This document shows, piece by piece, positions 9,676 to 20,377 of a DNA stretch of 64,000 bases. Each line of letters opens with the position of its first letter. Positions within the stretch are counted from its first letter, which is position 1. The position numbers and the translations under genes are program-made. The notes below the pieces were generated by a model. The model was not told the origin of the DNA and made no database searches. It saw only the letters and a list, made by a program, of their open reading frames with translations. The stretch covers positions 1,760,001 to 1,824,000 of the forward strand of contig OY759729.1 in assembly GCA_963662585.1 (NCBI GenBank). The letters run 5' to 3'. The DNA is from Candidatus Cloacimonadales bacterium. Lineage in GTDB: Bacteria; Cloacimonadota; Cloacimonadia; Cloacimonadales; JAFGVF01.

Positions 9676-11097
9676 ATGAAGACTGTCGTTATTCAAGGAT
9701 TAGGATTTGTCGGCTTAGCCATGGCAACTGTCGTCGCTAACGCTGTTGATGTAAAAGGAAAACCGTTATATAATGTTGTAGGTGTAGATCTTCCTATGAA
9801 TCAAGATAGGATTGATCTAATTAATCTTGGGAATTTGCCTTTCAAAAATGAAGATGCAACTTTTCCTATTCAATTAAAAAAAGCAGTTTTAGAATATAAA
9901 AATCTTTTAGCTTCTACTGATGAAAATTGGTACAAAAAAGCAGATATTGTGGTTGTTGATATTCAACTTGATATTAAGAAGAGAACTTTAGGCAATGCTA
10001 AAGATTGTTACTTAGAAAAAGATGCTTTTATTAAAGCTATCCATACCCTTGGTAAACATATCAAACAAGAGTGTTTAGTTTTAGTGGAAACTACTGTTGC
10101 TCCTGGTTTTAGCAGACATGTAGTAAAGCCTGCCTTAGATAAAGAGTTTATGGAAAGAGGAATCGATGTTGTAGCAAATCCTCCACGCATTGCTCATTCT
10201 TATGAAAGAGTTATGCCAGGAAAAGAGTATCTTGCATCCATAAGATCTTATCCTAGAACTTTCTCTGGCTTTGATAAAATTAGCGCTGATATGGCTCGTG
10301 AATTCTTAGAAGATGTTCTAGAAGTTGATAAATTCCCTCTGAGAGAAGAAAAATCAACTGAAACATCTGAGCTCGCTAAAGTAATGGAAAACTCTTACAG
10401 AGCTGTTAATATTGCTTTAGTTAACGAATGGACATTGCTTGCAGAAAAGATGGAAGTGAATATCTTTGATGTAATCGAAGGAATAAAAAAGAGAAAAACC
10501 CATAATAACATGCTCTATCCAGGACTTGGGGTAGGTGGTTACTGTTTAACAAAAGATACTCTACTTGCTTATTGGTCCGGTATCAATTTCTATGATGAAA
10601 ATCTTGATTTACCTATGACTATTAAAGGTATTAATATAAATGATACCATGCCGTGGCATACTTATGACCTTATAAAAGAAAAATTCCACGAAGATAATTT
10701 TAAAACGATTTTACTCGGTGTTTCCTATCGTGAAGATGTGGGCGATACTCGCTATGCTCCAGCAGAAAAACTCTACACTAAACTAGACAATGACGGTTTA
10801 GAAGTAGTAGTTCATGATCCTTATGTAGATGAATGGCCAGAACTTCCAGAAGCTAAGTTTATTGAACAAATCACTAATCTAAAAGAATATGACTGCGTCG
10901 TTCTTGGTGTAAAACATAATTGCTACATAAACCTTACTGCTGAGGAACTTATTATGGCAACTAAACCTGAAACCCTTATTGTTGATGCTAATAATATTCT
11001 GGATGATGAGAAAATTTTAGCTCTGCTAAAGAGTGGAAGAGATGTGGTTGGTGTGGGTAAAGGACATATTGCTCGGATGAAAAGAGAAATAATTTAG
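9676..11097 (+). CDS. UDP-glucose/GDP-mannose-family nucleotide sugar dehydrogenase
   Basis: GLGFVG, ETTV.PG, ERVMPG, K..ENSYR.VNIAL.NE, GVGGYCL.KD; SD AAGGAG. Confidence 0.9.
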   Translation: MKTVVIQGLGFVGLAMATVVANAVDVKGKPLYNVVGVDLPMNQDRIDLINLGNLPFKNEDATFPIQLKKAVLEYKNLLASTDENWYKKADIVVVDIQLDIKKRTLGNAKDCYLEKDAFIKAIHTLGKHIKQECLVLVETTVAPGFSRHVVKPALDKEFMERGIDVVANPPRIAHSYERVMPGKEYLASIRSYPRTFSGFDKISADMAREFLEDVLEVDKFPLREEKSTETSELAKVMENSYRAVNIALVNEWTLLAEKMEVNIFDVIEGIKKRKTHNNMLYPGLGVGGYCLTKDTLLAYWSGINFYDENLDLPMTIKGININDTMPWHTYDLIKEKFHEDNFKTILLGVSYREDVGDTRYAPAEKLYTKLDNDGLEVVVHDPYVDEWPELPEAKFIEQITNLKEYDCVVLGVKHNCYINLTAEELIMATKPETLIVDANNILDDEKILALLKSGRDVVGVGKGHIARMKREII

Positions 11098-11133
11098 CCA
11101 CAGAAGGCACAGAATACACTGAAAAGAAAGAAA

Positions 11134-11583
11134 TTTATCCACTAATGAGCACAGATTAACACGAATGAAATACAAAGAAATAATATATAAAGAAGAGTCA
11201 TTTAATATTATTGGAGCTTGTATGGAGGTTCATAATAATCTAGGTAGTGGATTTTTAGAAGCAATTTACCAAGAAGCTTTAGAGCATGAATTAAAATGGC
11301 GTGGAATTTCTTTTGAAAGAGAAAAAGAATTAAAAGTAAAATATAAATCTGTTGTTTTGGATAAAAGATATGTAGCAGATTTTGTTTGTTATGATAAAAT
11401 CATAGTAGAACTGAAAGCTACTAAAGAAATGAGTGAAACATATTATGCTCAAGTAATCAATTATTTAAAAGCGACAGGATTCAAGTTAGCAATTTTAGTA
11501 AATTTTGGTCAAAAAGATTTAGATTTCCGAAGGGTAATCTTATAAAATTTATTCGTGTTTATTTGTGCTCATTAGTGGATAAA
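11134..11583 (+). mobile_element. GxxExxY gene cassette bounded by 33-bp inverted repeats (11134-11166 / 11551-11583)
   Basis: tttatccactaatgagcacagattaacacgaat vs reverse complement of attcgtgtttatttgtgctcattagtggataaa: 31/33 identical; mobility itself is inferred. Confidence 0.65.
11165..11545 (+). CDS. GxxExxY protein (PD-(D/E)XK-like nuclease fold family)
   Basis: IIGACMEVHNNLGSGFLEAIYQEAL, ADF, IIVELKA, AQVINYLKATG, LVNFG. Confidence 0.95.
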   Translation: MKYKEIIYKEESFNIIGACMEVHNNLGSGFLEAIYQEALEHELKWRGISFEREKELKVKYKSVVLDKRYVADFVCYDKIIVELKATKEMSETYYAQVINYLKATGFKLAILVNFGQKDLDFRRVIL

Positions 11584-11628
11584 ATGATGTTAGTATACTG
11601 TATTTGGTGGCAAATTAAAGGAGTTTCT

Positions 11629-13083
11629 ATGAAATACTTTTTTCTCTCCCTCGCAGCTCTCCTGCTCCTCCTCTCCTGCGATAGCTCAACCTCCTCTTCC
11701 GAGGAATCCTTCACTATCTCAGGTAAGGTATCACTTCTGGATAAAGAAGGAAACCCCATTACTTCAGGATTAGAAGATATAATAGTTATGATCTACAATA
11801 CCGTAGAAATTGATCCTGATCTCCTTCAAGTTAAAGCTGATTACCCATACATAGGAACTGAGATAAATCAAGAAGTCTATTTTGATATTAGAGATGAAGA
11901 TCCTATTAAAACCATAAACTGTAATTCTGAAGGGGGATATAGTTTTAGTGTACCTAATGATAATTATAATCTTTGTTATTATAGTGCAGGTTATGGATAT
12001 AGGCTTATTCATGAATTAGATGTTTCGGAATATAATACCCTACCGGAAGTAGTACTTCAAGAAGTAATCACTCTTTCTGGATCAATTTCTAATTTCACTT
12101 TTGAAAGTGAGAAAGTCTATCATATAATGGATGATTTGATTATTCCTCAAAATAGTGATGTAGTCTTTGAAACAGGTGCTTTTGTCGATGTGGCTGATAA
12201 TAAGAAGATTTTCTTAATGGATGATTTAAATACTACTGTAATAGGAAGTGACAAATTTGTCAATTTTAACTCAATTTATGAATATTTAGGTAATAAAAAT
12301 TTGTTTAGAGGAGTTGAGTGTGTCAATATTGCTTCACTAACTATCAACAATATTTCAATTAGTAATAGCTCATCGGCAATAATGCTCCAAAACAGTGTAA
12401 TAGATATTACTATAAACAACAGTGTTTTAAGAAATAACTCAAATGCAATTAGCTCGAATAGTAATAACTCATTTAAGATTGATAAATCACTTATTAATAA
12501 TAATTCAGGGATAGGTATTACTTCTAATTCGAATAGTGAAATAAGCAATACAATATTCTATAATAATGATATTGGATTTAAAATATCAATGAATGAAGCA
12601 GAAATATATAATTGTTATTTCCTTGATAACTACATGGGAGTTAGAACTGTTGGATACGAAGAACAGACTATTAGGAATAATGAATTTAAACTAAATGAGT
12701 ATGGTATTACTACAAGTGGCTCCTCTCCCAATATAGAATATAATAATTTCTACAACGATAACACTAATATTGAAACAAATAAAATGTTCTTAAGCACTGG
12801 GAATTATGTGTTTTCTGATCCAATAATTAGTAATAATAATTTTTATAAAGAAAACAGGTTAATAATAGATCTAATTGGTCAACACCTTGAAGGTTTACCT
12901 GGTGATGAATGGCATAGCAATGGTGTAGCCAATAATATTAACGCAACTTACAATTATTGGAATAGCTTAGACTATATGAGTTTATGTGAATATAATACCG
13001 ATTTAGAGGCTAATCAAGGGATTATTTTCTCCCCTAAACGAAACAGTGCCCTTACTAATGCTGGCATTTTAATAGGAGATTAA
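11629..13083 (+). CDS. Lipoprotein with right-handed parallel beta-helix repeats
   Basis: SD AAGGAG before ATG 11629; lipobox [17 protein letters not shown]; Asn/Ser/Ile-rich I.NN.F..N..GI repeats; NATYNYW motif. Confidence 0.75.
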   Translation: MKYFFLSLAALLLLLSCDSSTSSSEESFTISGKVSLLDKEGNPITSGLEDIIVMIYNTVEIDPDLLQVKADYPYIGTEINQEVYFDIRDEDPIKTINCNSEGGYSFSVPNDNYNLCYYSAGYGYRLIHELDVSEYNTLPEVVLQEVITLSGSISNFTFESEKVYHIMDDLIIPQNSDVVFETGAFVDVADNKKIFLMDDLNTTVIGSDKFVNFNSIYEYLGNKNLFRGVECVNIASLTINNISISNSSSAIMLQNSVIDITINNSVLRNNSNAISSNSNNSFKIDKSLINNNSGIGITSNSNSEISNTIFYNNDIGFKISMNEAEIYNCYFLDNYMGVRTVGYEEQTIRNNEFKLNEYGITTSGSSPNIEYNNFYNDNTNIETNKMFLSTGNYVFSDPIISNNNFYKENRLIIDLIGQHLEGLPGDEWHSNGVANNINATYNYWNSLDYMSLCEYNTDLEANQGIIFSPKRNSALTNAGILIGD

Positions 13084-13084
13084 T

Positions 13085-13960
13085 GTGAAAGGAATAATAT
13101 TAGCAGGAGGAGCTGGTTCAAGGCTTCACCCATTAACTTTTAGTTTATCAAAGCAATTATTACCAATATATAACAAGCCAATGATTTATTATCCTATGTC
13201 TATCTTGATGTTAGCCGGTATAAGAGAAATTTTAATTATATCCACCCCTCATGATTTACCAAACTTCCAGAAACTTTTTGGAGATGGTAGTCAGTTAGGA
13301 TTAAATTTAGAATATGCAGAGCAAACTCAACCTAATGGCTTAGCTGAGGCTTTTATTATAGGCCAAGACTTTATCGGTAAAGACAATGTTTGTCTTATTT
13401 TAGGAGACAATATCTTTTATGGACAAAATCTCCCAAGTTTGTTATCTAAGGTTTCTAATTTAACAAGTGGAGCAGAAATTTTTGGTTATTATGTTCATGA
13501 TCCTGAACGCTATGGTGTAGCTGAAGTTGATGAAAAATGGAAGGTAATTTCTCTTGAAGAAAAACCTGAAGAGCCAAAATCTAATTATGCAGTAGTAGGT
13601 CTTTATTTCTATGATAATCAGGTTATTGATATTGCAAAAAATATTAAACCTTCTAAAAGAGGAGAATTAGAAATTACTTCAGTGAATGAAGAGTATCTTA
13701 AACGAGGTGAGCTTAAACTCCACCCACTAGGTAGAGGAACTACTTGGTTAGATACCGGAACACATGAATCTCTACTTGAAGCAGGAAAATTTGTGGAAAT
13801 AATCGAAAAAAGACAAGGATTAAAGATAGCCTGTTTGGAAGAGATAGCTTATCGAAAGGGTTATATTGATCATGCTCAGTTAATCAAATGCAGTGAGGCA
13901 TTTGGTAAAAGTGAATACGGGGTTTATTTGAAGAATTTAGCTGAGGAATTAAGGAAATAG
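13085..13960 (+). CDS. rfbA: Glucose-1-phosphate thymidylyltransferase
   Basis: [50 protein letters not shown] start. Confidence 0.97.
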   Translation: MKGIILAGGAGSRLHPLTFSLSKQLLPIYNKPMIYYPMSILMLAGIREILIISTPHDLPNFQKLFGDGSQLGLNLEYAEQTQPNGLAEAFIIGQDFIGKDNVCLILGDNIFYGQNLPSLLSKVSNLTSGAEIFGYYVHDPERYGVAEVDEKWKVISLEEKPEEPKSNYAVVGLYFYDNQVIDIAKNIKPSKRGELEITSVNEEYLKRGELKLHPLGRGTTWLDTGTHESLLEAGKFVEIIEKRQGLKIACLEEIAYRKGYIDHAQLIKCSEAFGKSEYGVYLKNLAEELRK

Positions 13961-13961
13961 T

Positions 13962-15263
13962 TTGCAGATTACTGAATGGATTAAATATCAGAGATCGTTA
14001 GTAGATGTTAGAATTAACTATGTTTCTTTTTCAAATCTTTCTAAATGGGAGTTTTCTTCAACAGAAGGGATTATAAAACATGATTCGGGTGGCTTTTTTA
14101 CTATAGAAGGAATTGATATAAAGACATCTTTTGGTGAAAAAAATCAATGGGATCAACCAATAATAAATCAAGCAGAAATTGGATATTTAGGTTTTATAGT
14201 TAAGGAGTTTTACGATGGATATAAATTTTTAGTTCAAGCCAAGATAGAACCAGGGAATATTAATTATGTTCAACTCTCTCCAACTATCCAAGCTACCAAA
14301 AGTAATTTTACTCAAGTTCATGGGGGAAGAAGTCCTGATTACTTAGAGTATTTCGTTAATTTTAACAAAAAAGTAATAGTTGATCAATTGCAGTCAGAGC
14401 AGAGCGAAAGATTTATAAAAAAAAGAAACAGAAATATAATTATTGAAGTTGAAGATGAAGTAGAAGTTAAGGAAAATTACATTTGGTTAACTCTATCCGA
14501 GTTTAAGAATGCTATAAAGTTAGACAATGTTGTGAATATGGATAGTAGAACTGTAATTTCTAATCTTAATTACTCCTTACTTAAGAAATTTTATAATACT
14601 GAATTAAATGACGAGAATGAATTTGTAAAATCGTTATTGGAAGAAAATAAATCACAACATTCCTTTGTGGAATTGAAGTCATGGTTAACCGAGTTAAAAT
14701 TCAAGTATGACTTATGTATAAGAAGTAAGAAGTTATCTGATCTTAAGGAATGGATAGTTAATGATTCAGATATAATAAGTAAAAAACATAAATTTAGAGT
14801 TATTGCTGCTGATATAACGATATCAAATCGTGAAGTAGCCCACTGGACACAACCCTTAATGGAAGCTGTGGAAGAAGGGATATTTGCTTTTATAATTGCA
14901 GAGATTAATGGGATTATTCATTTTCTTGTTCAAGCTAGATTAGAGGCAGGATGTTTTGATAAGTTTGAATTAGCTCCTACTATTCAATGTTATATAAGTG
15001 AAACAAATACTCCATACATGAATATTTTACAGTCAAAAAAATATAAATTGCTTCATGAAAGTTGGCAATCTGAAGAAGGTGGAAGATTTTTTAGAGAGCA
15101 AAACAAAAATATGATAATTGAGATTAATGATTATCATACTTGTGAGCCACTATCAGAGAATTATAGGTGGATGACTCTTGCACAAATTTATAGATTTATA
15201 GAATTTAACAATTATGTTAATATTCAAGCAAGAAGTATTTTATCAACAATAGATTACAGGTAA
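13962..15263 (+). CDS. NDP-hexose 2,3-dehydratase
   Basis: HDSGGFF.IEG, WDQPIINQ.EIG.LG, QAKIEPGN, QLSPTIQAT.SN, duplicated domain with QSEEGGRF, NIQARS. Confidence 0.9.
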   Translation: MQITEWIKYQRSLVDVRINYVSFSNLSKWEFSSTEGIIKHDSGGFFTIEGIDIKTSFGEKNQWDQPIINQAEIGYLGFIVKEFYDGYKFLVQAKIEPGNINYVQLSPTIQATKSNFTQVHGGRSPDYLEYFVNFNKKVIVDQLQSEQSERFIKKRNRNIIIEVEDEVEVKENYIWLTLSEFKNAIKLDNVVNMDSRTVISNLNYSLLKKFYNTELNDENEFVKSLLEENKSQHSFVELKSWLTELKFKYDLCIRSKKLSDLKEWIVNDSDIISKKHKFRVIAADITISNREVAHWTQPLMEAVEEGIFAFIIAEINGIIHFLVQARLEAGCFDKFELAPTIQCYISETNTPYMNILQSKKYKLLHESWQSEEGGRFFREQNKNMIIEINDYHTCEPLSENYRWMTLAQIYRFIEFNNYVNIQARSILSTIDYR

Positions 15264-15271
15264 TTTAAAAA

Positions 15272-16228
15272 ATGAATAGAATAAAAATTGGTGTTTTGGG
15301 ATGTGCAAGTATAGCAGAAAGAATGATGATTCCGGCTATTATTAATTCTCCGTACTTTCAATTAGAAGTTGTTGCGAGTAGAACTAAGGAGAAAGGTGAG
15401 TATTTTTCAAAAAAATTTAATTGCAAATATGTAGTTGGTTATGAAAATTTATTGAATTTAGAGATTGATGCTGTTTATATCCCACTGCCTACTGGAATGC
15501 ATTTCGAATGGATTATAAAAGCTTTAGAAACTGGGATGCATATAATTGCGGAGAAATCAATTGCAACTAATTTTTCAGAAGTTCATTCTATTGTGGATTT
15601 AGCCAGGGCAAAAAAACTCTGTATTCAAGAAAATTTTATGTTTCAATATCATTCTCAAATAGATTTTGTTAAATGTAAATTAGTTGAAATAGGTGAAACT
15701 AAGTTATTTAGAAGTTCTTTTGGTTTCCCAAAATTTTCTGATAAGGCCAATTTCAGATATAACAAAAATTTAGGTGGTGGAGCATTATTAGATGCAGGTG
15801 CTTATACTATTAAAGCAAGTCAATTATTTTTAGGCTTAGATCAGAAAGTAGAATATGCCTATCTTAATTTTGAAGGAAATGAAGTTGATTTTCAAGGTTC
15901 TGTAATTTTAAGAAATAATGATAATATCATTAGCCAATTAGCTTTCGGGTTTGATAACTTCTATCAAAATAAGGTTGAGATTTGGGGGAAATTAGGTAAG
16001 ATCACAATGAATAGGGCATATACCGCTGGACCAGGATTTAAGCCAACAATTTTATTAGAAAAACAAGGGGTTAACACAGAGTATCAGTTACCTGCAGATA
16101 ACCATTTTATAAAGAGTTTAGAAGTATTTGCTAAAGCTATAAATGAAAAACATTTTGCAGAAAACAAATATTTATTGAATCAATCAAGATTAATTAATGA
16201 GGTCGTTAATTGGAGAAACAAATGGTAA
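15272..16228 (+). CDS. Gfo/Idh/MocA oxidoreductase, probable NDP-hexose 3-ketoreductase
   Basis: GVLGCASIA, YIPLP...H.EW, EKS, ENFMFQYH, GGGALLDAG.Y; adjacent to 2,3-dehydratase. Confidence 0.8.
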   Translation: MNRIKIGVLGCASIAERMMIPAIINSPYFQLEVVASRTKEKGEYFSKKFNCKYVVGYENLLNLEIDAVYIPLPTGMHFEWIIKALETGMHIIAEKSIATNFSEVHSIVDLARAKKLCIQENFMFQYHSQIDFVKCKLVEIGETKLFRSSFGFPKFSDKANFRYNKNLGGGALLDAGAYTIKASQLFLGLDQKVEYAYLNFEGNEVDFQGSVILRNNDNIISQLAFGFDNFYQNKVEIWGKLGKITMNRAYTAGPGFKPTILLEKQGVNTEYQLPADNHFIKSLEVFAKAINEKHFAENKYLLNQSRLINEVVNWRNKW

Positions 16229-17364
16229 TAGCTTTTAATAAACCATTTCTATCAGGTAATGAAGAAAAATATGTTATCGATGCTATAAGAAGTTTAAAAC
16301 ATTGTGGTAATCATCAATACTGTCAAAAAGTTATTGATTTAATGAAAGAAAAGCATAAATTAGGTGAAGTGTTTTTGGTACCTTCAGGTACCACTGCTTT
16401 GGAAATGGGCGCATTGCTAGCAGATTTACAAAAAGGTGATGAAGTGATATTACCTTCATACACATTTAGTTCAACTGCTAATGCTATAGTTCTTAGAGGA
16501 GCAATACCAGTCTTTTGTGAAATAGACCCTGAGACAATGAATATTGATGTTACTAAAATTGAAGCATTAATTACTTCTAAAACTAAAATGATTATACCAA
16601 TAGATTATGCAGGTATTCCTTGTGAGATTGATAAAGTAATGGAGATTGCCAAAATACATAATTTGATAGTGATGCATGATACTGCCCAATCTTACGGAAG
16701 TTATTATAAAGGAAAAGCTACAGGTGCTTGGGCAGACCTAGCTACTTATAGTTTTCATGAAACTAAAAATATTACTTGTGGTGAAGGTGGAGCTTTGGTT
16801 GTAAATAGACCTGAATGGGTTGAAAGAGCTCACTTTTTACAAGAAAAGGGAACTGATAGAAGGTTAGTTCTTAATGGTGTTAAAAGTAAATATCATTGGG
16901 TAGATTATGGTTCAAGTTTCTTGTTGTCAGATATTTTAGCTGCTCATCTTTATGCTCAAATTGAAGATGAAGAAGATATTTTCCAAAAGAGAGCTAAACT
17001 GACTGAGATGTATTTCGAAATATTTTCTAAATATCAGGAGCAAGGATTGATTAAAATCCCTATAATTACTAAAGATATGATAATTAACCATCATGCATTT
17101 TGGGTACTTTTTAATACTATAGAACAGAAAGAAAGGTTTATAAGTTTACTTAGAGAACAAGGTGTTTATGCTTACATTGGTTATATGCCATTGCATTCAG
17201 CACCAATGGGAAAGAACTTCGGATATAAACCTGAAGATTTACCTATAACGGAAGATGTTGCTTCAAGATTAGTTAGGATGCCTTTTTGGGGTGGAATGAT
17301 AAAAACAGAATTTGATAAGTTAGTTAAAGTTATATCTATAATAATAAAGGAGAACTTTTTATAA
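16222..17364 (+). CDS. rffA: dTDP-4-amino-4,6-dideoxyhexose transaminase (WecE/RffA-like)
   Basis: PSYTFSSTANA, SFHETKN.TCGEGG, EKGTDR, Y.PLH; ATG 16222 follows GGAGA. Confidence 0.85.
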   Translation: MVIAFNKPFLSGNEEKYVIDAIRSLKHCGNHQYCQKVIDLMKEKHKLGEVFLVPSGTTALEMGALLADLQKGDEVILPSYTFSSTANAIVLRGAIPVFCEIDPETMNIDVTKIEALITSKTKMIIPIDYAGIPCEIDKVMEIAKIHNLIVMHDTAQSYGSYYKGKATGAWADLATYSFHETKNITCGEGGALVVNRPEWVERAHFLQEKGTDRRLVLNGVKSKYHWVDYGSSFLLSDILAAHLYAQIEDEEDIFQKRAKLTEMYFEIFSKYQEQGLIKIPIITKDMIINHHAFWVLFNTIEQKERFISLLREQGVYAYIGYMPLHSAPMGKNFGYKPEDLPITEDVASRLVRMPFWGGMIKTEFDKLVKVISIIIKENFL

Positions 17365-17365
17365 A

Positions 17366-19096
17366 ATGGGAAAACTAAATACTAAGGCTTATAAGAATGA
17401 GACATTTATAGCGATTATTGCTCTATTTGTGATTTTTGTTATTAATGTACCTTATCTATTACTTGGAGATAACTTTTATCCACGATTTGGTTATGATAGT
17501 TTGGATAGCAATGTTATTAAAACAAAAATATTTTTTGAGGGATGCGATTATTTTGCCCCACGAGATTCTATAGTAGAACAACCCATGGGGGGATTACCAA
17601 GGGCTTTGTTTGGAATGGGCTTATCAATAAGTACCATTTGGTATATGTTATTTAGTTTTCCTACTGCCTATGTAGTAAACATTATTATGATTCAATTGCT
17701 AGCGTTTTTAGGGATGGTCTTATTTTTAAAAACTAAATATGGAAACAATCATTTATTGATTTATTCAGTAGCTTTGGTGTTCTCTCAATTACCTTATTGG
17801 CCCCATGCAGGATTAAGTGTAGCTGGAATTCCTTTATTACTTTACTCTTTTTTAAAATTCAAAGACAAGAAATTCCTTTCCATAATTGTCATGTTAATCT
17901 ATATATTATACTCTTCCTTTGTCTTGACAGGCATGTTCTTAATTATGATAGGTTGGTTGTTTTGGTTAGGTAAAGTTATTAAAAGAAAAAAAGATAATAA
18001 TTTATTGATATACCTTGTAATTTTTACTCTATTATCTATTTTGCGCAATTATGACTTATTCCTTTTAATTATAGATCCAATTTTTGTTTCTCATAGGAGT
18101 GAGGCAGTAATACATACTTTTGGGATATATGAAAGTTTAAAGAGTTTCATAAATATGGTTTTTTTTGAATATGGTCATAATTTAAAAAAGCCAATAATTA
18201 TAATAATTACTTTTATTATCGTAAGTATCATAGCTAAAATTAAGAAAATAAAAATACAAAAAGATATCTATTATATCTTTGGAGCTATTATATTTTTATC
18301 TTTTATCAGTGTTTTTATGCAATCAACTACTGGATATTGGATAACCTCTCATGTTAAAACTCTTAAATTGGTCCAATTGCAAAGGTTTTATTGGTTACTT
18401 CCACCATTGTTTTATATTTTATTTTATTTAGTGTTGCGGGAAATATGGAAAACTAAGTTAAAAGCACTAGTACTTGTTTTATTAGTAATTCAATTTGGAT
18501 TAATTTTTCAAAAGAATACAAATTTTAAGGAATTTCTGAAAACTAGATTATTGGGAAAAGAGACTAAGACCTTGACATATAAGGAATTTTATAGTGAAGT
18601 GCTTTACCAGGAAATAAATGATTATATTGGGAAGCCTCAAAACTCTTACCGAGTTGCATCAATAGGTTTGCAGCCTGCAGCTGCTCTGTATAGCGGATTT
18701 TATACAATCGATGGATATTTTGCTAATTACCCCTTAAGTTATAAGCATAAGTTTTATGAATTAATGGAGCCTGAATTAAACAAGAATGAAATTGCAAAAG
18801 ATTTTTTTGAAGATTTCGGTAGTGTGGTTGTTATTCTTTCAAATGAAATAATCGAAAGGCGAGAAGGAAAAGGATTTATTATACCAACAGAAGAAAAGAC
18901 AGTTAAAAATAGAGTTATTAATAATTTGCAGTTAAATACTGATGTATTACAGGGATTAAATTGTCAGTACATATTCTCGTCATCTGAGATACTTAACCAC
19001 AAAGAGCTAAATTTTAAATTTGAAAAATATTTTGAAAGAGATGATTCTCCTTGGGCTATTTACCTGTATTCAGTAATATGTAATAATGATGTTTAA
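17366..19096 (+). CDS. Polytopic membrane protein (DUF6044-like; possible GT-C-type transferase)
   Basis: DSLDSN, MGGLPR, HRSE, RFYWLLP, YRVASIGL.PA.A.Y.GFYT.DGY..NYPL.YK..F. Confidence 0.6.
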   Translation: MGKLNTKAYKNETFIAIIALFVIFVINVPYLLLGDNFYPRFGYDSLDSNVIKTKIFFEGCDYFAPRDSIVEQPMGGLPRALFGMGLSISTIWYMLFSFPTAYVVNIIMIQLLAFLGMVLFLKTKYGNNHLLIYSVALVFSQLPYWPHAGLSVAGIPLLLYSFLKFKDKKFLSIIVMLIYILYSSFVLTGMFLIMIGWLFWLGKVIKRKKDNNLLIYLVIFTLLSILRNYDLFLLIIDPIFVSHRSEAVIHTFGIYESLKSFINMVFFEYGHNLKKPIIIIITFIIVSIIAKIKKIKIQKDIYYIFGAIIFLSFISVFMQSTTGYWITSHVKTLKLVQLQRFYWLLPPLFYILFYLVLREIWKTKLKALVLVLLVIQFGLIFQKNTNFKEFLKTRLLGKETKTLTYKEFYSEVLYQEINDYIGKPQNSYRVASIGLQPAAALYSGFYTIDGYFANYPLSYKHKFYELMEPELNKNEIAKDFFEDFGSVVVILSNEIIERREGKGFIIPTEEKTVKNRVINNLQLNTDVLQGLNCQYIFSSSEILNHKELNFKFEKYFERDDSPWAIYLYSVICNNDV

Positions 19097-20357
19097 AAGT
19101 ACCAAAATTACAAAACTTCTTCCGCATGTTAAAAATTTTTCGTTTTACTTATTAGCTACGATTGTTAATACGGTATTAATGTTAGCCATAAATCCTTTTT
19201 TGGCCAAAAATCTATCTCATGAGGATTATGCTATTATTGGTTATCATCAATCATTTCAAATATTGCTTTTGCCACTTTTAAATTTTACTCTAACAAATTA
19301 TTATTTAAGACATTACTACTTAACTCCAGAAAATAGAAGAGGGATTTTAAAAGATACTATCATGAAAATGATCATGATTTGGGGTAGTATTACTATGGTT
19401 ATCTGTTATATATTTTTCTACTTCTTTTTTAAAGTTAAGAATGTTGAAATTCCATTTTCTCCCTATTTCTTATTTACATTATTGACTGTGTATGCTAATA
19501 ATTTTGTATCAATGCAACAAATTGAATATAGACTAACAAAAAAAGCAGTAAGTTATTTTTATCTTACAATTGGATTGAGATTGCTAGTTATATTTAGTTC
19601 AGTTGTGTTAGTAATTATATTCCCCTTAGGTGCTTTTGGGCGAATGTTAGCAATTGTCGGATGTACGGGCGTCTATGGTTTTTTTAGTATAAGAAAAATG
19701 TATAGTGGTAATAAGTTAGATTTGACAATTGTAAAAGATGCTTTGAAATTCTGTTGGCCACTAGCTCTTTCGGCGTTTCTTTGGTATTTTTTGAGCGGTG
19801 TTGATAGAGTGTTTTTGGAAGAGCTGAAAGATGTAAATAGTATGGCTTTATATAACATAGCAGCAGGTCTTACTGTTAAATTAGCAATTTTTTACACAGC
19901 CTTAGCACAGACCATGGAACCAGATATTTATAAATCAATCGCAGCTAAAAGATATAGAAGATTAGCTTTTATAGCTATAGGTTTAATACTGCTAAATGCT
20001 ATTCCAAATTTGATTTTTATACTATTGGCTAAGCCGGTGATTAGTTTACTTACTGCAGGTAGGTATGTCGATGCAACAAGTTTTGCAAGAATATTGGTTT
20101 TCAAAAATATAACAATGTCACTATATTACACAGTTATTATGATTATAGTAGGGTTGGGATTCACTAAGTCTGAATTAATGAATAGGTTGTTCGGTGCAAT
20201 TATTAGTTTTTTCATGTTTAAAATACTAATAAATAATTATGGATATTATGGGGCAGCTTGGGGACAGAGTTTATCTTTTTTAGTAATGACTTTAATTGGT
20301 ATTGTTTTTATTATATTTAATAAAAAGAAAATGCTTGCATCTAATAAATCACAATAA
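19086..20357 (+). CDS. wzx: Second Wzx-type oligosaccharide flippase
   Basis: PFLAKNLS.EDY, LKFCWPL, DRVFL, LYNIA; many TM segments. Confidence 0.8.
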   Translation: MMFKSTKITKLLPHVKNFSFYLLATIVNTVLMLAINPFLAKNLSHEDYAIIGYHQSFQILLLPLLNFTLTNYYLRHYYLTPENRRGILKDTIMKMIMIWGSITMVICYIFFYFFFKVKNVEIPFSPYFLFTLLTVYANNFVSMQQIEYRLTKKAVSYFYLTIGLRLLVIFSSVVLVIIFPLGAFGRMLAIVGCTGVYGFFSIRKMYSGNKLDLTIVKDALKFCWPLALSAFLWYFLSGVDRVFLEELKDVNSMALYNIAAGLTVKLAIFYTALAQTMEPDIYKSIAAKRYRRLAFIAIGLILLNAIPNLIFILLAKPVISLLTAGRYVDATSFARILVFKNITMSLYYTVIMIIVGLGFTKSELMNRLFGAIISFFMFKILINNYGYYGAAWGQSLSFLVMTLIGIVFIIFNKKKMLASNKSQ

Positions 20358-20377
20358 ATATTATAAAAAGAGGAATT

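Noticed and set aside
11563..11628. Upstream TTG start for the lipoprotein (likewise 24334 and 52690 extensions)
   Set aside because: These extensions run through repeat arms; downstream ATGs have clear SD sequences
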